Assembly: GCA_937864125.1 (NCBI GenBank)
Contig: CALMHZ010000084.1
Location: 1 to 47,995, forward strand
Source: an uncultured bacterium
GTDB taxonomy: Bacteria; Patescibacteriota; Minisyncoccia; Moranbacterales; UBA1568
Reading direction: 5' to 3'
DNA length: 47,995 bases
Numbering within the stretch: position 1 is the stretch's first letter; each line of letters begins with the position of its first letter. The notes under the pieces were generated by a model. It saw only the letters and a list, made by a program, of their open reading frames with translations. It was not told the DNA's origin and did no database searches. Both the position numbers and the translations under genes were made by a program. This document shows, one piece after another, positions 36,261-47,995 of the stretch.

Positions 36261-37229
36261 TCATTCCGCTTCTCCGGAAATTTTCTTCAGAATGTTCTCG
36301 AATTCTTCCAAGGAATAATAATCCACTACGATTTTCCCACCATTTCCCGCAGGTTTCACCGACACCTTGGTACCGAGCGCGGACGACAGACGATTCGCCT
36401 TTTCCAGAATATCCGGTGAAAGAGACGCGAGGGAGCGCACATGCGTCCGGACCGACACTTCTTTGGCCAGAGCTTCCGCCTCCCGTACGGTCATTCCCGT
36501 TTTCATGATCCGATCAAACAAGGCGCGCTGACGCTCTCCGTTTTCAACGGCGAGGAGTGCCTTGGCGTGCCCCTCGGTGATCTTGCCCTCCGAGAGAGCG
36601 CGTTGCACCTCTACGGGAAGCGAAAGCAGCCGGAGCGTATTCGCAATCGAGCTTCGGCTTTTCCCCATTTTCTGCGCCACTTCCTCTTGAGTGAGGTGAA
36701 ATTCCGCCATAAGACGGGCATACGCCTTCGCCTCTTCGATCGCATGCAGGTCATGGCGTTGGATGTTCTCGATGATGGCAAGCTCGAGCTTGTCTTGCTC
36801 TTTGACATCTCGGACCAATACGGGCACGCTCGCGAGTCCCGCGAGTTTTGCCGCCTGCAATCGTCGTTCTCCGGCGATAAGCTCGTACTTCCCTTCGCTC
36901 CGCTTGGTCACGACCAGGGGCTGGAGTATTCCGTGCTCACGGATCGAAGCCGAAAGCTGGGAAAGTTTTTCCTCATCGAACTGCAACCGTGGCTGATGCG
37001 GATTCGGAACGATGGAACCTATGGGCGCATCGATGACCGCATTCGCATCGGACGACAGCGCCGGAGGAGAAGCGGGGCCGGCCGGCACGGAAGAACCGTC
37101 AAGCGACACGCCTTGCGTCGAGAGCGTTTTGAGCACCATGTCCCGAAAGGGAGACTCCTTGCCATCATCTTTTCTCGGAGGAATGAGCGAGGATAGTCCC
37201 CGGCCCAGCCCATGCTGTTGTACCGCCAT
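36261..37229 (-). CDS. parB: chromosome partitioning protein ParB
   Basis: Start reset to M49 (MAVQQHGLGRGLSSLIP). Contains GERRLQAAKLAG and an HTH region. The start lies 4 nt after the parA stop. Confidence 0.85.
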   Translation of the reverse strand: MAVQQHGLGRGLSSLIPPRKDDGKESPFRDMVLKTLSTQGVSLDGSSVPAGPASPPALSSDANAVIDAPIGSIVPNPHQPRLQFDEEKLSQLSASIREHGILQPLVVTKRSEGKYELIAGERRLQAAKLAGLASVPVLVRDVKEQDKLELAIIENIQRHDLHAIEEAKAYARLMAEFHLTQEEVAQKMGKSRSSIANTLRLLSLPVEVQRALSEGKITEGHAKALLAVENGERQRALFDRIMKTGMTVREAEALAKEVSVRTHVRSLASLSPDILEKANRLSSALGTKVSVKPAGNGGKIVVDYYSLEEFENILKKISGEAE

Positions 37230-37233
37230 ATGC

Positions 37234-38028
37234 TCAATCTGTTTGTGATAATACTTCCTTTTCCTTTTCCTCACGATCCACAATTTCTTTGGCGACCGCC
37301 TTGTATGACCGAGCACCCTTGGAAAAAGCATCGAAATCAAGTATGGATTTCCCGTAGGAGGGCGCCTCGGCAAGCCGTACCGATCGAGGGATAACGGTTT
37401 CGAATACCGGTCCCGGGAAGTGCGTGCGCACCTCGTTCACCACCTGTCTCGCCAAACGGTTCCGCCTATCGAACAAGGTGAGGAGCGCTCCCATGATCTT
37501 GAGATTCGGCTGAAGCCGCTCGCGGACGAGCTCTATCGTTCCCAGAAGCTGAGAGAGTCCTTCAAGGGCATAATACTCCGTCTGGACGGGAATGACCACC
37601 TCGTCGCTTGCCACCAATCCGTTCACCGTAAGGAGTCCGAGCGAGGGCGGGCTATCGATCAGGATATAATCATAGAAATCCCGGACCTGGCGCAATACCG
37701 AGTACAAACGGAATTCGCGGGCATCGATATGGATCATCTCCACCTCGGCCCCGGCCAGATCCTGCGCCGCGGGAATGATATGGAGCCCCTCGGTCTCGGT
37801 AGAGAGAATGATTTCCTTGGCGGAAAGTCCCCCGATCATCGCATGATAGAGATTTTTTTCCAATCCTCGAGGATCGATCCCGAGCCCGGATGAGGCATTC
37901 CCCTGCGGGTCGAGATCGACGAGGAGTATCTTCTTTCCGAAAGAGGCGAGATAGCGGGCGACATTGATAGTGGAGGTCGTTTTCCCCACGCCGCCCTTTT
38001 GGTTCACGAATGCGACGATCTTTGCCAT
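37234..38028 (-). CDS. parA: chromosome partitioning ATPase ParA/Soj
   Basis: ATG at 38028 gives MAKIVAFVNQKGGVGKTTST, the deviant Walker A. The ORF-track start at 38037 is a TTG. Confidence 0.88.
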   Translation of the reverse strand: MAKIVAFVNQKGGVGKTTSTINVARYLASFGKKILLVDLDPQGNASSGLGIDPRGLEKNLYHAMIGGLSAKEIILSTETEGLHIIPAAQDLAGAEVEMIHIDAREFRLYSVLRQVRDFYDYILIDSPPSLGLLTVNGLVASDEVVIPVQTEYYALEGLSQLLGTIELVRERLQPNLKIMGALLTLFDRRNRLARQVVNEVRTHFPGPVFETVIPRSVRLAEAPSYGKSILDFDAFSKGARSYKAVAKEIVDREEKEKEVLSQTD

Positions 38029-38117
38029 AATGCTCAATCCTAAAAAATCAATTCCCCCGTTCTCCCCGAGCGTCCTCCTCCATCATTCTTCTTTTTTCTT
38101 TCCTCCAGTATATTCCA

Positions 38118-38146
38118 TTGACACAAGCTTTTCAATTCCCTATGCT
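38118..38146 (+). promoter_or_regulatory. promoter for tRNA-Leu
   Basis: TTGACA (38118-38123), 17-nt spacer, TATGCT (38141-38146). The mature tRNA 5' end at 38155 lies 9 nt after the -10. Confidence 0.5.
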
Positions 38147-38154
38147 TCCGATAG

Positions 38155-38236
38155 GCCGCTGTGGTGGAACTGGTAGACACGCACGACTCAAAATCGTGTG
38201 CCGCAAGGCATGTCGGTTCGATTCCGACCAGCGGTA
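38155..38236 (+). tRNA. tRNA-Leu (anticodon CAA), long variable arm
   Basis: GCCGCTG-TG-GTGG..., anticodon arm CACGA-CTCAAAA-TCGTG, variable arm, T arm GTCGG-TTCGATT-CCGAC, 3' acceptor CAGCGGT plus A. No encoded CCA. Confidence 0.88.
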
Positions 38237-38252
38237 CATTTTGCAAACATAC

Positions 38253-38326
38253 GGACTTTTACCCGCCTCTGGCGGGCAAAATCCCGCGATAGCGATATCA
38301 TGAGAGTTCGAGTCTCTCCCCCGACA
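38253..38326 (+). ncRNA. unclassified structured RNA containing a tRNA-like T arm and 3' acceptor strand
   Basis: Long hairpin at 38253-38284 (GGACTTTTACCCGCC-TCT-GGCGGGCAAAATCC, two A/C mismatches). Small CGC-GATA-GCG hairpin. Canonical T arm GAGAG-TTCGAGT-CTCTC (38302-38318) followed by CCCCGAC-A. No matching 5' acceptor strand or anticodon arm was found. Confidence 0.3.
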
Positions 38327-38342
38327 CATACTGATTTTGTCG

Positions 38343-38372
38343 GAAGGTACGAGCAAGTACCTTCTTTTTTTT
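38343..38372 (+). terminator. intrinsic terminator closing the tRNA-Leu transcription unit
   Basis: GAAGGTAC-GAGCAA-GTACCTTC followed by T8. Confidence 0.8.
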
Positions 38373-38425
38373 CCGAAGCGGTCGCGCTGATGTTCACGCA
38401 CAAGAACAAGAGCTCGACGAATACT

Positions 38426-39553
38426 CTATTCTGATTGTATCAATGCACGCGCGAACGCGAGCATATATGTACGCAATTCGTCTTGGCTAAGAGCCTCCGC
38501 ATGCGCTCCGTTTATAGCGATATCCGTATCCCCCAGCCGGAAAACCAGTGCGGGTTCAAAAATCTTTCCATCCGAGCGTTTGATTTGGTCAAAAAACAGC
38601 GTGATTCCGTCGATTTGTTCGCGCTTGATTTCTCGCTGATAGGAAAAATTAGAATCGTTTTTGTATTTAGGGTTTATATTCTCCGTGATATCGGACCCGT
38701 TTTTTGTTGCAGCAAGATAAGCATCGAAATCAATTCTGCCTTTTTGTTTTTCTACGATCTGGATGACCCCAAGTGGCACCTCGCCCCCTCTTTGACTGCC
38801 TTCGACATCATATACGAACTGGATAGATGAGGGGGCTATCGTTCCCGGGGCTTGCTCAAATTGCGCGCTTTTAGGTTTCCATTTCTCACCGATCGCACCG
38901 ATTTCGGTCGAGAGGACGCTTTCGGAAATAAAGTAAATATGAAATGCGCCGCGATTCTCTACGATGCACCTCCTTTGGGTCCATGAATCCGTATAATCAG
39001 TTAATGTACTCACACAACCACTGTTTTCCTGCACCGACACTTCTCCCGCATCCCGACCCCCCCCCTCTGCGTTCTCGGCTCCGATGTTTTGTGACCCCGT
39101 TCGGAGCTCTGAATTTTGAGAGCTTGACTTAAATAATTCGGGCTCCGGGTAGCTAAGGTCAGAATCAATGAACAGGGGTAGTACAAAGGGAAGCGCAAGG
39201 GGAGCAAAAACGACGAGCAGCATCATCCACCCAAGAGAACGAGTGGCCCGGGCGGCCCTTTTACTGGAAGATATTTTTTCTCCCTCCGAAGAAAAACCGT
39301 CACTTTTTTCTTTGAGTTGTGACGCGCTTCCGGAAATGAGAAAAAGTGATCCGATGACGATAGGAACAATAAACACAGGCCAGAAAAACGCCAAAATCCA
39401 TCCCGCATTCCCCCAAGAAGTAGCAATCGCTATGCTCGCAAGAAGGCCCAGTGTTCCAAGAATGAACCACAAACCCAATTTTTGTCCATCATTAAGCATA
39501 TTTTTCGGGTCATTTATTACGAACAAGTTGTCAGATTCTCGATCGTCGTTCAC
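38426..39553 (-). CDS. hypothetical membrane protein (3 N-terminal TM helices plus extracytoplasmic domain)
   Basis: 375-aa ORF. The start is a GTG with no SD, so it is uncertain (an in-frame ATG at M19 is possible). GC is lower than in the neighbours, and few shadow ORFs appear on other frames. Confidence 0.55.
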   Translation of the reverse strand: MNDDRESDNLFVINDPKNMLNDGQKLGLWFILGTLGLLASIAIATSWGNAGWILAFFWPVFIVPIVIGSLFLISGSASQLKEKSDGFSSEGEKISSSKRAARATRSLGWMMLLVVFAPLALPFVLPLFIDSDLSYPEPELFKSSSQNSELRTGSQNIGAENAEGGGRDAGEVSVQENSGCVSTLTDYTDSWTQRRCIVENRGAFHIYFISESVLSTEIGAIGEKWKPKSAQFEQAPGTIAPSSIQFVYDVEGSQRGGEVPLGVIQIVEKQKGRIDFDAYLAATKNGSDITENINPKYKNDSNFSYQREIKREQIDGITLFFDQIKRSDGKIFEPALVFRLGDTDIAINGAHAEALSQDELRTYMLAFARALIQSE

Positions 39554-39654
39554 AGTTTATCACAAACTTTTCAGGAGAGAATAAGTTTTCACCGGGATAA
39601 TTTCCTGCTCAGTCGTGTGTACCATACGGAGCTTCGGAAGAACAAAGTTTCTTT

Positions 39655-40449
39655 TTATCGAGATACCTGATTTATCGCAAGACGCGCCACGCGCCGAAGG
39701 AGGCAGGCGACGGTTACCGGGCCCACGCCGCCCGGAACCGGGGACAAGAATATATCGCTCTCCCCTTCTCCTTTTGCGACATCCCCGACTGTTTTCCCGT
39801 CTTTTCGCGCGATGCCGCCGTCGATCACGATGGCGCCTTTTTTGAAGGCATCTCCACGCACTATCCCTGCCTCGCCGAGAGCCGTAACCACCACATCTGC
39901 CGAAACTACTGAGGGAAGAAATTTCTGTGGGTCGGTCGTATAGGCTGCTTTCATGCCGGCCTCTTCGAGCACGCCCTTCATGCTCTCGCCGAATCGTTCC
40001 GAACGCGCGAGTATCACCGCCTGCTTGCCCGAAAGAGGCACGCTCGCTGATCTTGCAAGCTCGAGTATCGCTTCAGGGAAAACAGGCGTCCCTCCGAGGA
40101 ATCCGTCCGCGTCTTTGTTCGGATCCAAGGTGGCGATCACCCTATCGGCATCTATCGCGGCAGGCAATGGCAGCTGGACAATGATCCCATGCACGGATAT
40201 ATCATCATTCAACGATCGCACCGCCTGGATAACCTCGTCTTCCGTGGCAGATAGTGGCAGTATTTTTTTCGTCACCCGAATACCTATCTCGCCTGCGCGT
40301 TTTTCTTTGAGCGCGACATAGAGAGCCGAGGCCCGGTCATTCCCGACGAGTACGATCCCGAGGCCGGGCATGACAGCGCTCTTTTCTATCTCGGTACATG
40401 TCTGCGCAAGGATGGCATCAGCAATTTTTTTCCCGGAAAGAATGGCCAT
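39655..40449 (-). CDS. folD: bifunctional methylenetetrahydrofolate dehydrogenase/cyclohydrolase
   Basis: LGIVLVGNDRASALYV..K, IIVQLPLP, PGGVGPVT. Confidence 0.88.
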   Translation of the reverse strand: MAILSGKKIADAILAQTCTEIEKSAVMPGLGIVLVGNDRASALYVALKEKRAGEIGIRVTKKILPLSATEDEVIQAVRSLNDDISVHGIIVQLPLPAAIDADRVIATLDPNKDADGFLGGTPVFPEAILELARSASVPLSGKQAVILARSERFGESMKGVLEEAGMKAAYTTDPQKFLPSVVSADVVVTALGEAGIVRGDAFKKGAIVIDGGIARKDGKTVGDVAKGEGESDIFLSPVPGGVGPVTVACLLRRVARLAINQVSR

Positions 40450-40461
40450 GAAAAAACAATC

Positions 40462-41229
40462 TTAGAGAATGAAGAGGAGGAAAAATACCGCAAGCAAAAT
40501 ACGATACACACCGAACGGCATAAAGGTATGCGACGCTACGAAACGGATGAGAAACTTTATCGCAAATATCGCTACGAAAAACGATACCACGAATCCGACC
40601 GCGAGGAGCCGCCACTCTGACTCTTGAAACGAGTTCCCGTGCTTCAAGAGGTCATAGCCGGTAGCGACGATCATCGTCGGTACCGCGAGCAAGAAAGAAA
40701 ATTCCACGATCGCTTCGCGTTTCATGCCGAGGAGGAGTCCGCCGAGAATGGTCGCTCCGGATCGGGAGACGCCCGGAATGATGGAAATCGCCTGAAAGAA
40801 TCCCAATTTCAAAGCCAGAGAATATGGCATAGTCGAAAGGTCGCCCAAAGCCTGGTCTCTCTCCTTGTACCAGCGTTCAAAAAGGATGATGACTACGCCG
40901 CCGACAAACAAAGAAACCACCACCACAAGCGGCGAGCCCAAAAGCTGCTTCACCAGTTTGTAGAAAAAAAGCCCGGCGAGCCCGGTCGGGATGAAAGCGA
41001 CCGCGAGCCGCTTCAGGATTTCGATATCCAGGAAGCGGCTTCGTCCATACAAGGCCAAGACGGCAAGAATCGCCCCGAGCTGGATCGCGATCTCGAACGA
41101 CTTTGTGAACACATCTCCCGAAAGTCCGAGAAGTTCGGCCGTGAGGATAAGGTGCCCGGTCGAAGAGATAGGCAGAAATTCCGACAGGCCCTCTACGACC
41201 CCGAGGATGATGGCATCGATAAATGACAT
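40462..41229 (-). CDS. uppP: undecaprenyl-diphosphate phosphatase
   Basis: EGLSEFLPISSTGHL and PGVSRSGATI motifs. Polytopic. Confidence 0.9.
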   Translation of the reverse strand: MSFIDAIILGVVEGLSEFLPISSTGHLILTAELLGLSGDVFTKSFEIAIQLGAILAVLALYGRSRFLDIEILKRLAVAFIPTGLAGLFFYKLVKQLLGSPLVVVVSLFVGGVVIILFERWYKERDQALGDLSTMPYSLALKLGFFQAISIIPGVSRSGATILGGLLLGMKREAIVEFSFLLAVPTMIVATGYDLLKHGNSFQESEWRLLAVGFVVSFFVAIFAIKFLIRFVASHTFMPFGVYRILLAVFFLLFIL

Positions 41230-41237
41230 AGCGGTTT

Positions 41238-41912
41238 TTAGAATAATGTTCCCGTACTCCCGAGCGATTCGATCCGCGGAGCGTGCTCATTCATCATAGA
41301 GTCGATGAGTTTCTTCTGCCCGTTGAGCTCCATGATGGTGTCCCAATTCCGCAGGTCCGGATATCGCTCCAATATATTCTCGAGTATCTCGACTGTCACC
41401 CGTACATCCCCCGCTCCCGAGTGGGCGTTCTCATGCTTTTTCCCGCAATAGAGCTTGTATGCGGCCGAAAGATTCCTCGGAGCGAAACCGTCGCGTGGCT
41501 GCATTTTGTGATAGAGGATTTTCGCGTCGAGCACTTTCCGGGAAGAAAAATCGAAATTCTTTCCCACGGTGACAAACTCCGCCCGAAGGAACGGCAGGTC
41601 GAATCCGAGCACATTGAAGCCCCCGACATCGATCCCGTCGAAGACGCTCCAGAGCTCGTAGGATCGCTTGGCGAATGAGGGGGCGTCTTTCACATCGTCA
41701 TCGTAGATCCCATGCACGCTCGAGGCGACAGGCGGAATCGGCATGCACGGATTGATGCGCTCGACGCTCGCCTGCACCTCGCCTCCCGGCATGATTTTTT
41801 CGTAGGCGATCTCGACTATGCGATCCTCCCCGATACCGAGGCCGGTCGTCTCGAGGTCGAATATGAGCAATGGCCGGTCGAGGGGAAGCATTTGTGCTAT
41901 GGAACTTTTCAT
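41238..41912 (-). CDS. DEDDh 3'-5' exonuclease (DnaQ/epsilon-like)
   Basis: Exo I LIFDLETTGL, Exo II GFNVLGFDLPFL, Exo III HSGAGDVRVT. Confidence 0.8.
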   Translation of the reverse strand: MKSSIAQMLPLDRPLLIFDLETTGLGIGEDRIVEIAYEKIMPGGEVQASVERINPCMPIPPVASSVHGIYDDDVKDAPSFAKRSYELWSVFDGIDVGGFNVLGFDLPFLRAEFVTVGKNFDFSSRKVLDAKILYHKMQPRDGFAPRNLSAAYKLYCGKKHENAHSGAGDVRVTVEILENILERYPDLRNWDTIMELNGQKKLIDSMMNEHAPRIESLGSTGTLF

Positions 41913-41924
41913 TGGTTTATAGTT

Positions 41925-44783
<2,859 letters not shown>

Positions 44784-44827
44784 TCCTCCCTGTCATCCTA
44801 CTGCAAAGCATGCTTTCCTTCAAGATT

Positions 44828-45274
44828 TTACTGCCCGCCCACACTCATGCCCCCTCGGCTGCGATGCTTGCGAGCCACCCTCACGCGCGCGAACTCCTTG
44901 TCGAGAAGAGCGGCGACTTTGGCATATTCCTCATCATCGATGCTCACCCGCTCTTTCATCAGAAGTTCCGCGCGAGCCTTCGCTTCCTCGGCGCGCGTCA
45001 CATCGATCTCTTCGGCGCGTTCCGCCGTATCGGCAAGAAGCGTCAATATACCGTCTCGAAATTCGGCAAATCCGCCCGAGGTGGCGAGACTCTCTCCTTC
45101 CCCCTCGGCGGTTTTCTTGACGATGATCTCCCCGGCCTGAAGCGTTCCGATATAGGGAGCATGACTGGGAAGGATGGTCACCTCTCCGCCTTCGATAGGC
45201 AAAGTCGCCTGAAAGATATCATCTTCAAACACTATTTTTTCCGGCGTAACGATCTTGAAACGGATCATGGACAT
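44828..45274 (-). CDS. atpC: F0F1 ATP synthase subunit epsilon
   Basis: IVTPEKIVFEDDIFQATLPIEGGEVTILPSHAP. Follows atpD. Confidence 0.85.
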   Translation of the reverse strand: MSMIRFKIVTPEKIVFEDDIFQATLPIEGGEVTILPSHAPYIGTLQAGEIIVKKTAEGEGESLATSGGFAEFRDGILTLLADTAERAEEIDVTRAEEAKARAELLMKERVSIDDEEYAKVAALLDKEFARVRVARKHRSRGGMSVGGQ

Positions 45275-45282
45275 AGAAGAAG

Positions 45283-46725
<1,443 letters not shown>

Positions 46726-46729
46726 TTAA

Positions 46730-46760
46730 CCTATGGAATATACTGACTACATTCCATAGG
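46730..46760 (-). promoter_or_regulatory. intercistronic stem-loop between atpG and atpD
   Basis: Perfect 10-bp inverted repeat CCTATGGAAT/ATTCCATAGG with an 11-nt loop, in the 70-nt spacer. Confidence 0.5.
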
Positions 46761-46774
46761 CCAACCTCCACATC

Positions 46775-47680
46775 TTATTCAAGAGCAGCCTTACCTGCGG
46801 AGAGCTCAGCGATTTCCGCCGTGATCTTCGACTGGCGGACCTGGTTATAGGCGAGGGTCAAATCGCCTACCATCTCCTCCGCGGCATCCGTGGCGTTTTT
46901 CATCGCTATTCTGCGCGCCGACTCCTGGCTGGCATTCGATTCGAGGACGGCATGATAGAGCTCCATCTCAAGGAGGCGCGGGATCATTTTCCACAATACT
47001 TTCTTCGGCGAAGGCTCGATGATATATTCCGCCGAAAGCGCGTGGTTTTGTTCATCGGATTCCGATTCGATTCCCGTCATCTCATGCATCGCTTTTTTCG
47101 CGTCCTTGATCGCGACGGGCAAAAGAGCGCGGACCTTGACCTCCTGGAGGAGTGCCGAGACATAGTCCGTATAGACCATGACCACGCGATCGACGCGGCC
47201 TTCTTCGAATTCCTCGATGATGATCTTCGCGATCGGGCGCATGAGTTCGGGCGACGGGGCTGCCAAGACATCCGGGAACGAAGCGAGGATTTCCCCGCGC
47301 AGCCTGCGAACGGCGGTGTCCCCTTTTTTCCCGATGGTGAGGAAGGCCTGTTCCCGGCCCGCATCTTCACGCAATATCTGCCGGAGTTTTTTTATGATCT
47401 GCGCATTGAATCCGCCGCAAAGGCCGCGGTTGCTCGCGATGACCACATAGAGGGCTTTTTTCACCGGCCGCGCGAGGAGCAAGGGGTGCGACTCGTGCTT
47501 CGCAGCCTCTTCCAAATGCCCCAAAATCCGTATCGCTTCTTTGGCGTATGGCCGTATATCGAGCACGGCCTGCACCGCCTTGCGGACTTTCACGCCGGAA
47601 ATCATTTCCATGGCCCGGGTGATTTTCCCGGTGGACTTCACTCCTTTGATCCGTCTGCGGATGTCTCGTGCTGATGCCAT
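46775..47680 (-). CDS. atpG: F0F1 ATP synthase subunit gamma
   Basis: N terminus IRRRIKGVKSTGKITRAMEMIS and C terminus ITAEIAELSAG. Confidence 0.9.
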   Translation of the reverse strand: MASARDIRRRIKGVKSTGKITRAMEMISGVKVRKAVQAVLDIRPYAKEAIRILGHLEEAAKHESHPLLLARPVKKALYVVIASNRGLCGGFNAQIIKKLRQILREDAGREQAFLTIGKKGDTAVRRLRGEILASFPDVLAAPSPELMRPIAKIIIEEFEEGRVDRVVMVYTDYVSALLQEVKVRALLPVAIKDAKKAMHEMTGIESESDEQNHALSAEYIIEPSPKKVLWKMIPRLLEMELYHAVLESNASQESARRIAMKNATDAAEEMVGDLTLAYNQVRQSKITAEIAELSAGKAALE

Positions 47681-47683
47681 AAG

Positions 47684-47995
47684 CTACGCGATAATGAATC
47701 CCTTTTTGAATAATTCGATGTGGTCTTTCAAGAGTGCTTCCACGGGTTCCGAGAGAGCCTTGGCCTCCCGTATCGAATCGATGACGACGCTTCCCTCGCC
47801 CCGAAGATAGAGAAGGAACTCTTTCTCGAAGCGCGCGAGGTCGGAAACCTCGACGGTATCGAGATAGCCTCGCGTGAGCGCATAGAGCACGGCGACTTCC
47901 TCTTCCACGACAAGCGGCTCGTACTGCGGCTGCTTCAAAAGCTCGACCGCGCGGCGGCCGCGCTCGATCAGCTTCTTCGTCCCTTCATCGAGATC
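47684..47995 (-). CDS. atpA: F0F1 ATP synthase subunit alpha, C-terminal part (runs off right edge)
   Basis: The frame is open to the window edge. LKQPQYEPLVVEEEVAVLYALTRGYLD is typical of the alpha C terminus. The stop lies 3 nt before the atpG start. Confidence 0.85.
   Translation of the reverse strand, partial: DLDEGTKKLIERGRRAVELLKQPQYEPLVVEEEVAVLYALTRGYLDTVEVSDLARFEKEFLLYLRGEGSVVIDSIREAKALSEPVEALLKDHIELFKKGFIIA

Noticed and set aside
38302-38346. Circularly permuted tRNA or two-piece tmRNA: T arm and 3' acceptor strand upstream of a complementary TGTCGG.
   Set aside because: Only 5-6 bp of the would-be acceptor stem pair (GTCGG with CCGAC, then A/C mismatches). No D arm or anticodon arm follows, no tag reading frame exists, and only about 80 nt remain before the next gene. 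The region is kept as an unclassified RNA instead.
38391-38408. parS-like sequence TGTTCACGCACAAGAACA near parAB.
   Set aside because: Only the outer 5-bp arms are inverted repeats and the spacing is wrong. It does not match the 16-bp TGTTNCACGTGAAACA palindrome. No convincing parS was found by eye elsewhere.

Overview
Dense bacterial window with standard genetic code (TGA is used as a stop, e.g. prfA at 6091-6093) and roughly 50-55% GC by eye. There are a few sharply AT-rich patches. From about 19.8 kb to the right edge almost every gene is on the minus strand with very short spacers. Content: a minus-strand tRNA cluster (Thr-Tyr-Thr-rpmG-Trp-Glu), tsf-rpsB, rpmE-prfA-prmC, and an unlisted 53-aa Lys/Ala-rich basic protein. 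Next comes an operon of a 1580-aa acidic membrane protein, a 140-aa protein and a TrwB/TraD-like coupling-protein ATPase. Then two tandem GT39 glycosyltransferases, ftsQ-like/holB, two GT4 genes, mreB, murA, a CAP-domain protein, trxB and murD. These are followed by a D-aminoacylase homolog, gap-fba-tpiA-galT, a GT2 gene, parB-parA and tRNA-Leu with an odd structured RNA after it. The right end holds a low-GC membrane protein, folD, uppP, a DEDDh exonuclease, leuS and atpC/D/G/A. Gene content and compactness fit a small-genome, CPR/Patescibacteria-like bacterium; that is inference only. Main findings: (1) leuS carries an in-frame ~150-aa insertion with a perfect Nudix box, encoded by a strongly AT-rich patch. 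(2) The giant protein / small protein / orphan coupling-protein ATPase operon. (3) A tRNA-like T-arm inside a multi-hairpin RNA downstream of tRNA-Leu. (4) The D-aminoacylase homolog appears to have lost most catalytic and metal ligands. No CRISPR array, transposase or integrase was seen.
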